This document shows, piece by piece, positions 36,477-48,500 of a stretch of 64,000 nucleotides of DNA. A program made the translations under genes and the position numbers. Origin of the DNA: Nemertoderma westbladi (taxonomy: Eukaryota > Animalia > Xenacoelomorpha); contig JAUCBJ010001570.1 in assembly GCA_032718475.1 (NCBI GenBank), positions 1-64,000 of the forward strand, written 5' to 3'. The notes under the pieces are model-generated. The model was given only the letters and a program-made list of their open reading frames with translations. It ran no database searches and was not told the origin of the DNA. The stretch's first letter is position 1. Each line of letters starts with the position of its first letter.

Positions 36477-37363
36477 ATCTAAATAGAAGAGTGATTTCTG
36501 TTGCGTTTTTATATCGAGTAGTTAATTTTTTTTATTTGAAACAAATAATTCCGACGATATCATTTTTTAACTAATTTTCTGGAAAATTATTGAAAAAAGT
36601 GAAAAATTCTTCCTTTTGAATTAAAAAAAAGTTAGATTAATTCAATAATTTTTTAAAATACTAGTGAAAATACCGGAATTTTGTTCAAGTAATATATTAT
36701 CATGTATATCTTTCCGTCCACCCATTTGAGGAATCTTTCGTAACGAAGTTGTCCAGCTCTCATCCGGTACCAGTTTGTCGCTTATTTTTATATGCATTTG
36801 GAACCCCTTTCCCCCTGCTAGCAGGGACTAACATTGATCACGACATGCAGTCAATTACCTATCTCTATATGCAATACTGTTAACAGGTGATCCATGGCGG
36901 CATAAGGTTTTTATGAGCCATTAGCTATCCTAACCAGAATACTGATATGATTGCCTCTTGAATTCGTATTACATGATCTCCCGAATAGCTAGCTGCTTGA
37001 AAGTTACTTCCTTTACTGGACAGTTTTCAACCTGTTCCATTATGCACCAGCAGAGCGTTACTGCCCTTACAGAGTTTACCTTTAATATTATAGCATTGGT
37101 GTGGAGTATAACCTGTCCCGTGGGACAAGCATCGGTTATTATAATATCTAGAGTCGACCCTTCCTGTACTGTCAAGTACTTTATGCCAAAGGAGATTAAA
37201 GCCATAATTAAGTTAACTATTGTCTGTTACCAATATACCATAGTTAACAGGAGATGGTTCCCTGCACCTGTGTCACTGTACCAGTTTGTAGTATTAATAG
37301 TAGTAGTAGCATTAGAGTCTTGAAGGAAGGTATGCTAGAGCTCAATATTGGAGATAATTTAAA

Positions 37364-39047
37364 TTATTAACTATTATACCTACAACCGTTATTAACTATT
37401 ATACCTACAACCGTTATTAACTATTATACCTACAACCGTTATTAACTATTATACCTACAACCGTTATTAACTATTATACCTACAACCGTTATTAACTATT
37501 ATACCTACAACCGTTATTAACTATTATACCTACAACCGTTATTAACTATTATACCTACAACCGTTATTAACTATTATACCTACAACCGTTATTAACTATT
37601 ATACCTACAACCGTTATTAACTATTATACCTACAACCGTTATTAACTATTATACCTACAACCGTTATTAACTATTATACCTACAACCGTTATTAACTATT
37701 ATACCTACAACCGTTATTAACTATTATACCTACAACCGTTATTAACTATTATACCTACAACCGTTATTAACTATTATACCTACAACCGTTATTAACTATT
37801 ATACCTACAACCGTTATTAACTATTATACCTACAACCGTTATTAACTATTATACCTACAACCGTTATTAACTATTATACCTACAACCGTTATTAACTATT
37901 ATACCTACAACCGTTATTAACTATTATACCTACAACCGTTATTAACTATTATACCTACAACCGTTATTAACTATTATACCTACAACCGTTATTAACTATT
38001 ATACCTACAACCGTTATTAACTATTATACCTACAACCGTTATTAACTATTATACCTACAACCGTTATTAACTATTATACCTACAACCGTTATTAACTATT
38101 ATACCTACAACCGTTATTAACTATTATACCTACAACCGTTATTAACTATTATACCTACAACCGTTATTAACTATTATACCTACAACCGTTATTAACTATT
38201 ATACCTACAACCGTTATTAACTATTATACCTACAACCGTTATTAACTATTATACCTACAACCGTTATTAACTATTATACCTACAACCGTTATTAACTATT
38301 ATACCTACAACCGTTATTAACTATTATACCTACAACCGTTATTAACTATTATACCTACAACCGTTATTAACTATTATACCTACAACCGTTATTAACTATT
38401 ATACCTACAACCGTTATTAACTATTATACCTACAACCGTTATTAACTATTATACCTACAACCGTTATTAACTATTATACCTACAACCGTTATTAACTATT
38501 ATACCTACAACCGTTATTAACTATTATACCTACAACCGTTATTAACTATTATACCTACAACCGTTATTAACTATTATACCTACAACCGTTATTAACTATT
38601 ATACCTACAACCGTTATTAACTATTATACCTACAACCGTTATTAACTATTATACCTACAACCGTTATTAACTATTATACCTACAACCGTTATTAACTATT
38701 ATACCTACAACCGTTATTAACTATTATACCTACAACCGTTATTAACTATTATACCTACAACCGTTATTAACTATTATACCTACAACCGTTATTAACTATT
38801 ATACCTACAACCGTTATTAACTATTATACCTACAACCGTTATTAACTATTATACCTACAACCGTTATTAACTATTATACCTACAACCGTTATTAACTATT
38901 ATACCTACAACCGTTATTAACTATTATACCTACAACCGTTATTAACTATTATACCTACAACCGTTATTAACTATTATACCTACAACCGTTATTAACTATT
39001 ATACCTACAACCGTTATTAACTATTATACCTACAACCGTTATTAACT
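37364..39047. repeat. 25-bp satellite, ~67 apparently identical copies (TTATTAACTATTATACCTACAACCG)
   Basis: Exact periodicity; no variant seen. Confidence 0.99.
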
Positions 39048-39592
39048 TAATGAAAATGAACGACCAGAATAAGCTGCGAAATTTTTTTCAATTTGGTTAA
39101 AGTCTATGGCGCTCAACGCCACTGTCATAGTTGTAGCACTACAATTGCGATTATCGGTAAGGTCGCACGCAATATATAGGACATTTTACCACTAGACACA
39201 GTTCTGATCTGGTGGTCGGTCATATGTGGACGATTTATAGCATGTTACAAGCTAGACTAAAACTGTAAAAAAGTTAATATTTCTGAGGTGAATGCCATTT
39301 TTTCTGTAACTATTATAACTTTATATCTTTGGCTATGTGACTCATTTAGATCCTATTGGAACGGCAATGTTCGATTTAATTCGACTGAAGACATGTTTTA
39401 AGACCAAATTATCAGTATTTTTAAGTTATGGCCTATATTTCACATTCACATTACAATTGAAATAAATCTTGAATTCTTTTGAAATCTTATAATAAAATTC
39501 CAGGTAACATTCACCATTATAATAATCTTTAATTGTTTTTGTTTTAGACGGTTTAATGAGGGCTGTGGCTATGACTCAACTGATGAGCAAGT

Positions 39593-42500
39593 ATGATGTC
39601 TGAAGAAATTATTGCTAAAGACAGATCCAACCCACTTAATGCATTCCGATCGTCCAGTGGTCCTGGTAAAACACTCGCACAAGTTGATGGTCCACTGATC
39701 AACTTGATACATAACTCTACAGATATCAACCTACTACAAAGAGATTACATAGAAGAATTGAATCTCAGTTGCAATCACGACAGCGTAAAGTGGGGGTGTG
39801 AGGATTTGTTGTCGAGTGCGGCTCCTCTTATAGCGAGTGATCAAACAGAGCCTTACTCGTCGGAATTCCAGAGCGAGGTGGATTCGCCATCCTCTGATAG
39901 TCAGCATAGTGAGTTTAGTGAACAATCTACTGTAGATTTACATAATATTAATGTTGATATGGAATATACTGATCCAAATTGGATTATATCCAGTGACTAT
40001 AAAGCGAATTGCACGGAATTTTATCACACACTGCTTCCTAATGATATGCCTCATGCGGGTACCTCGAAATATAACGTTGTTGGAAAGAAAGAGAAGAAAT
40101 GTTCATTTTGCAACCGAGATTTCAGTGTGTGGCTTAACCATTTGGAGGAATTCCATTCGAAAATAATATTTAGTTGCTTCGAATGTAGCGGTAGAGATTT
40201 CGAGAGTATAGACGAACTGCAGGGCCATCACGACAATGCCCATTGTGTCAACAGAGTTTTTGATAATCTTGTATTAAAGAAATTTCACTTGTGTACAATT
40301 TGCAATCAAAGATTGAAAACCCCGTTACAAATTCGCGAACACATGGTAATTAAACACGAAACCTTTGCAACCAAATCTCAGCCCATGAATTTTAATTACA
40401 CAATGCTGCGACAGGATTCTCAATTACAGCGCAGCCGCAGTGCGCACTATCGATCCCACTCAAGCGAGCCCAGTCCCAGTAGCGCTGGGGACGTAGTGCC
40501 TCTGAGTGGCCCTAATCTGCCGCAACAGTTTCACGGAGGCATCGAATTACCGCCACTCCGAAATACTATTTCAAGTAATAGTAACACAAGCATTAACAGC
40601 CCAGTAAGTGATTTTTTTGGATTTGATGAACGAACCTTTGTACCTGTTTGTGAGGCTGATATTGCCGAAACAACCCCAAACATCCATCTGCCTTGTAAAG
40701 CGGAAAATAGCAGGGAGTTATTTACTGCTGGTGATTCGATTGCTGATGACTTAATAACTCGTCTTTCTTTGGCACTCGGTAGTGGTAGATTGGTTCCAGA
40801 GGAACCCACTATAGAACCATCGTTACCACAACTACACCAAAGTTATATATCATCACCACATGACTTTAAGCCATTGCACCTACATCCGGTTCCAAGTGAC
40901 GCTTTACCACAACACCCTTGTAACACTTTACCATTGGTCCCACCTCCTAGTGATACTTTACCACAAGACCAACACTCTTGTAACACTTTTCCATTGGACC
41001 CGCCTCCAAGTGATACTTTATTACAGTACCAACCCCCTTGTGACACTTTACCATTGGACCCACCTCCTAGTGACGCTTTACCACAAGACCAACACTCTTG
41101 TAACACTTTAGCATTGGACCCACCTCCAAGTGATACTTTACTACCGAACCAACCCCCTTGTGACACTTTACCATTGGACCCACCTCCGAGTGATACTTTA
41201 CTACCGAACCAACACCCATGTGATACTTTACCATTGGACCCACCTCCTAGTGACGCTTTACCACAAAACCAACACCCTTGTAACACTTTTCCATTGGACC
41301 CGTCTCCAAGTGATACTTTACTACAGAACCAACCCCCTTGTGACACTTTACCATTGGACCCAACTCCAAGTGACGCTTTACCACAAGACCAACACTCTTG
41401 GGATACTTTACCATTGGACCCACCTCCAAGTGATACTTTACTACAGAACCAACACCCATGTGATACTTTACCATTGGACCCACCTCCTAGTGGCGCTTTA
41501 CCACAAAACCAACACCCTTGTAACACTTTTCCATTGGACCCGCCTCCAAGTGATATTTTACTACAGAACCAACACCCATGTGATACTTTACCATTGGACC
41601 CACCTCCAAGTGACGCTTTACCACAAGACCAACACTCTTGGGATACTTTACCATTGGACCCACCTCCAAGTGACGTTTTACCACAAAACCAACACCCTTG
41701 TAACACTTTTCCATTGGACGCACCTCCAAGTGACGCTTTACCACAAGACCAACACTCGTGGGATACTTTACCATTGGACCCAACTCCAAGTGACGCTTTA
41801 CCACATAACCAACACCCTTGTAACAATTTTCCATTGGACCCGCCTCCAAGTGATACTTTACTACAGAACCAACCACCTTGTGACACTTTACCATTGGACC
41901 CAACTCCAAGTGACGCTTTACCACAAAACCAACACCCTTGTAACACTTTTCCATTGGACGCACCTCCAAGTGACGCTTTACCACAAGACCAACACTCGTG
42001 GGATACTTTACCATTGGACCCACCTCCAAGTGACGCTTTACCACAAATCCAACACCCTTGTAACACTTTTCCATTGGACCCGCCTTCAAGACATACTTTA
42101 CCACAAGACCAACACCCATGTGATACTTTACCATTGAATCCACCTCCAAGTGACGCTTTACCACATGACCAACACCCTTGTAATACTTTTCCATTGCACC
42201 AACTTCCAAGTGAAATACCTCATCACCAACACCCATGCGATATTTTAGCATTCATCCCACCTCGGAGTAATAATTTACATCTCCCAATCAATACCTTATC
42301 ATCGATCCAAAAGCCACACACCAGTACTAACGCCATAGAATTACCATCAAACCATCTACTTTGCGATCATGGCCTGACCTCAAGTTCTGAAAGACAATCA
42401 CACCTACAAACAAGAGGTGAGCATCAGTCCTTCCCATTTGCACTTTCATTATCAAACCATCCCAATTCAAGAAATACAGTTGTACACCACTCCAACCCCC

Positions 42501-45500
42501 AGCCAAGGGATTTAGTGGCTCAACAACTCCAACCAAGGGATTCAGTTTCCTATCAACACCATCCAAGAGATTCACTCTCCTATCATCTCCAGCCAAGGGA
42601 TTCAGTGGAAAACCAACACCAGTCAATGGATTCAATGGTATACCAACCCCATTTAGGGGATTCCTTGGCTTGCCAACCCCTTTCAAGGGAATCTGTCACT
42701 TACCATCCCCAGCCAAGGGATTCAATGGAACACCAACACCAGTCAATGGTACACCAACACCAGTCAATGGTACACCAACCCCATCTACGGGATTCCTTGG
42801 CTTGCCAACTCCATTCAAGGGAATCAGTAACCCACCAACCCCAACCAAGTAATTCAGTGGCTTACCAACCCCCGTCACGAGATGCAATGGTTCATCAACC
42901 ACATCAAAGCAGTAATCAGATGAAACCGAATTTTGTTCAAGATATCCCAAACCGAGATAATAGGTTATTTCCTCTAGCATCTCACACTAGTCAGTCTACA
43001 TCATTATACCCATACATGGTAAGTTCTACACAATTAGGAAATCCACAAGCAAGTAATTCCTCACAATTACATTATCATCAAAATATTTTTAAGTGGTCTA
43101 GTCCAAGCGATCATATCCCATTACCTCTGAATTCAAGTGATTGCATGCTGCATATACATCATATAGATTCAATCCCTTCCAATTCAAAACCAGGATGTTT
43201 TATTTCATCACAACCACAACAAAGAGGAGTAATGCCATATTCACAGGAGTCTATCTCACCTAACCCACACCCAAAGGTGTTCATCCCTCCCCATATACAT
43301 TCAAGGGCACTTCCTTCATCAAGTTTACATCCAATCACATCATGTCCAATAGATTACAAACCATCCAGGCAACACCAAATGGAGTCCATCCTAGAGCACC
43401 CACATCAAATGGATTCCCTCCCATCCCACGCCCACCCACACCCAAGGGAATCACATCCCATCCCATATAACCCTCCACCAATGGATTTAAAGCCATCACA
43501 TCTACAGCCAAGAGTTTCTACGACTTATCAACATCTAACCGACTCATCATTAAGGTTGGGTACTTCATTGCAATCTCGTATTATTGTGGCAGGTGAATAT
43601 AACACTAATTATAATTATCCACCGAATATCATTTCATCGCAATCCTTGCAAGTAAATTACCCTCTGTTTTCTGCTGTTGAAACATACCCGGAGCCGATAA
43701 CTAGCTATTCAATTCAATTTACTGCTAATAAAAGTATATTATCGTCATCTGGTGGTTTTAATCAGAGTTGCTCCCCAGAGAACAATATAGTTTATAGGGA
43801 TCAATTTCCTTTGTCGAATTATCCAGCGAATTCACCCCTATTGAAAGATGGTGATGATATATATCTCAACAATTCAAGTAATACGTCATGTATAATTGAG
43901 GATAAATTAAATGCATTATCTTTTGTGATGACTACATTCCCTAAACAATCCACAAGGCTAACATCTAAGACCACAATATCAGCATATCCAACAGATACTA
44001 TCACTACCGAAGTTGTTGTGCCATTTATGGTTGAATCCCAGAATATAATGACAATTAATGATGGAAATATTGACAAGCCTGTATCATCATCATCATCATT
44101 TGATCAAATTCAGCCATTAAATGAATATCTTCTAACTGACCAGTCTACTCCTGTTTCCAATAGAATAGAACTGCATCCGATACAAACATTGAGCCATACT
44201 GATTCCATCTATACCTCAGCTTATGTTGGAAATATTGAGCAAAGAGCAATGCGAGCTTCCACCCAGGCAGCTTCAGAGGGGCTTCCCCAGGGTATGATTC
44301 TACAATCATTAGTATCCCATCACCCTGAGTTTAACAGGGATTCTTCAAGTTCACATGTCAGTGTTATAAAGCACTCCCCTATCATGAGTACAATTCCACT
44401 CTACCGGCAATTAGGATGCTCAATACAGAAACAAACCAGTTCAGTTAAAGGTGTTGCAAACTCTCCATCTCCTTTTCCAGCTGCATGGCATTCTCTAATT
44501 AAAAAGGGTCATGTGCCATATACTTCTTGTGAGCACTCCCTAGGCAAAGGTATTATAGATAAGTGTCAGAAAACTGTTGGAAAATTAAACCCAAACAAGA
44601 CTGAGTTCATCAATAAACCCAAAACGAAATCTGTACGAGTAAAGAAGGAGCCCAGACAGCAAAAGATCAAGAGCTTATCCGCAGTACAACAAATTTCAGT
44701 TTCCCTTAGCAATAGTTATCAAAGGCAGCTTTTGTCACACATAAATATCATGACAACCAATACTGACATACAGAGTATAACTTCAGGAATGGTTACCAAC
44801 ATAAGCCCAATAGTGACCAATTCCACAGTGTATACTTCTACTATTCAGAAAAACCTGCAACCAATGATTAAATTACCCCAACCACCCATCACTCAAAGTT
44901 TTACGAAGCATATTTTGTCCCAAACCCATTCTCAGATAAATTCACTTTTGCAGAAAACAGTTTCTTTAGATGTAACTCCTAATATCAGGACAAGTGTTAA
45001 TGTACTTTCGTCATTGCAGCATCCTCATTCCAAACCAATGCTGAATATCATTCAGTCTACTAACAACATCATGTGCAATAAACAAACTCCAGTTCAAGAT
45101 CTCGAAGTAAGGACATTCAATCCTCAGCCAGAAAATTACACATTGCTGTCCAGTCATGAACAGCACTTACCGCCTTTATCTAGTCATGGTAATATTACAT
45201 TCCAAAATCGACTACAAGCTTCCTTCTTGTCTCCTGGTATCAATGATACCAAAAGAAGGACCTCCCCTGGGTTCAACGTTAAGCCACCTGAAAATTGGCA
45301 ATCCCTTGGTCTTTGTAAACAAAATAAGAGAGCGAGAATCGAAACAGAAGAACAAGAACAGTATTCTCAACAATGTTATCCATCAGTTTCTATGATTAAC
45401 AAATCAACACAATATAACAATAGTTGTTCTCTGAGTAATCCTACTATTAATTCTAACCGCGATATGAAAGATAATCTTCCTGTGAGTAACATAAATACAA

Positions 45501-48500
45501 AGGGAGGGTATCAAGACGTTTCTAAATTACCATCTCTTTTTGAATACCAATCGATTTACAATATGGAAAAATCATCAACCTTAAATCTTGATGTTGCTGA
45601 TAAACCTGTTGTTATGATAGCTGATATGGATAATGTGATGGTTGTAGAAGTGGATAAAACGTCAAGCAGTTCTGGTAGTGAAAGTTGCAGCCAACCACAG
45701 GATTCCCCAGTAGATTCATATTCTCCACCAATGTTTTCGCGGTCTGTAGTTGAAATGTGCAGGCCACCAAGTGGAAAGAAGAAAAGGCGAAAGCAGGATC
45801 CTGAAATATTAGTTACTAAAAAACCAAAATGTATTGATGGTAATGATCACATTATTGGTTGCAATGCATGTAACTTGCCTTTTAGTAGTGATAAAATCCT
45901 GAAAAACCATTACTTTACCACACATGTGAAATTTAATCCTGTGACGAATGATCTCATGTGTAACATATGTTGTATAACTTCTGGCAATACATTAGCTATA
46001 AGCACACATTTCTTGAACACTCATATGTTTCTAGACAGTGTCAAGGACATACCTCTTAAATTATCGTTGATTCCAAATGATGATGATGTCAGTTGTACCA
46101 CTAGCTACATCCATCAAAATCAGGTCCATGAATTGAATACTGCTGTAGAAAGTATTACTTCAGTTACTGATAACATAATTGAAGACAATTTGAACAACAT
46201 TACAGAACCATCTAAACCCGAACCAGATGCTGTGTTTGAAAGGAATAAGCAGAATAATGACAGTGACTTGAAAAACAAGCTACTTGAACATGCAGATATT
46301 TGTTGTAATACATGTACAGAATTATTTGATTCCAATAAAAAGCTATTTATTCATATACAAGATGTTCATGGTGATAATGAGCAAGCTTTTGAAATAGATA
46401 TTGCCTTACTCAAATCGAAGAGTAGGAAATGTCTCCATTGGAAATGTCATCTATGTTCTAAACTTCAGTACAATTTGAATTTTTTGAAAGAACATGCGGC
46501 TTTATGCCATAAAGGTGAAAACTTTGTAAAACTCCGTAAAAATTCAGTTGTAGTTTGTCCGTGTAGAAAGGTTTATTCAGTTAACTTTGTGAAGATCTCA
46601 TACCATTTTACTCATTTTCACAGATTGGGGGCAATAGGCAGCCCTGACCTAGTTGTGCCATACTTGCAGGACACGAACTGCCAAAAAGTCTGGGATTGTC
46701 CATCTCTGTGTCGGGATTGTGCCATGTCACAGTCCAGTGTTAGGAATGGTTGTTGTAGATTTGAATTTTTTCGTAAACTGGAACTTTATAACTACAGCCA
46801 AGTACGAGTAGTTGGATTTACACGTCAATGGGATGCTACAGTAGAAGAATCTGCAGAATGGTTGCCAATTTCGGCTAAAATGGGTAGTATACTTGGATCA
46901 AGAAAACCACACCATATCAGCCATGGTTATGCTAAATATATATTGTCGTTCATTAGAAAACCTTTTGAGAAAATGATAGATCAAGAATATTTAGCTTTAC
47001 AACAAGCTCCAAATATTGATGATATACTTTGGAAGAAGACTGTGCCAGGAGTTCGTGAAATGTGTGATATTTGTGAAACAACATTGTTTAATTATCACTG
47101 GGTGTGTGGGATCTGCGGATTTGTTGCTTGTATTGATTGTCGAAATGACGGAATTGAATATAAATGGAGAGCATCAAAGTGGGGACAATGTATTACCAAA
47201 TCTGGTGAAGATACTCAATATCATAAACATTCCAATCTTCACCTTACTCAAATAATCCCTAGAGATTGCTTGTTTCACCTTAAGAATACTTTAAATGAGA
47301 TCATTCAGAAATGCAATATTTCCGATTTCCATCGTGAACCTGGAATCCCAATTAACCCTGTTGATCTTGTTCACAAAATAGATGTTAACATCAAAGATAA
47401 GACTACAAGTTCGTCAAACATTATTCATAGACAAGGTGAGAAAGTTGATACTGGAAGTGAAACCGTTCAGCCTAGTCATACACATCTATTGAACTTATCA
47501 CAAGAAGATATGCCTACATTACATCCAGAAGAAGAATTTCATAATGATGAAGGTAATGAAACAAATATGCCCCCAATATTAGATCCAGTAGTCATTGAAG
47601 GATGTGTCACTGGAAATGCAATTAAAGACCATAATTCAAGTTCATTGTTAATTAACATTTCAAAGTTAGACAGTTGTGGTGCACCCCCAAAGTCAAAAGA
47701 TAAATACCAGACTATAGCCATGGAAGCCACTAGTTCCCAGGATATAGATAGTGACAATGTTGCATCTGATATTGTTGGTAGAGATTTGCCAATGTCATGT
47801 GTTCCTATAAACTCTATTCAAGTTTATGACATTTCATCATCAGATCAACCTCTTAGTCCTTTTTCAGAGACTGTTCATGATGCTACTGAATTGGATTCAA
47901 GTAATCATTGTCATCGTTTCCCAAATATTGATGAAATCGTTGGCAAATTTCCTCAGGAGAAATATTCACAAGAAGCTTCATCATCACAACAATTTACTGA
48001 GGAATACCAACCAAGTACCACCAAAAACCCTCTGTCGTTGGAGTTACAGAAATGCGAGGGAAAGACAAGTGCACATAAATCATCTTTGTTAGAAACAAAT
48101 ATAAGTCAAGAGTTTGTCCGAGGCAATGCTTTTTCTCATTACCACAATTCTTTGGAGGACAGCGAAACAGTGGATCATAATTCTATGTGTTCAATACCTC
48201 TGAGTCGCGGGTTTACTCGTGAGTGTTTTGTACATATGAATAAAATTGGCAAGCTTGCTACTCGCAGACAGACTTCCAGTCTATCTGACATAAGCTCATT
48301 TAATGACTTCCCTTCACCTTCACCGTCCAGTCCTAGGAGTCTGCCTTTAGAGTATATGGATAATATCGATCGACAATTTGTTGATGATATATTTAATGAC
48401 CTTCTGAGTGAATCAGCTGCCATCGAACCAATCACTCAAAATTTAGCAAGTTCTGGGGACCACAGTGGTAATTATACATGTAGTGCAAATCTTCGTGGGA

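Noticed and set aside
35940-37323. Short ORFs and a purine tract suggesting an exon or retroelement remnant
   Set aside because: No recognisable motif or consistent frame.
40843-42251. 407-aa, 335-aa and 254-aa alternative-frame ORFs
   Set aside because: Explained by a stop-free 60-bp repeat inside KDM3.
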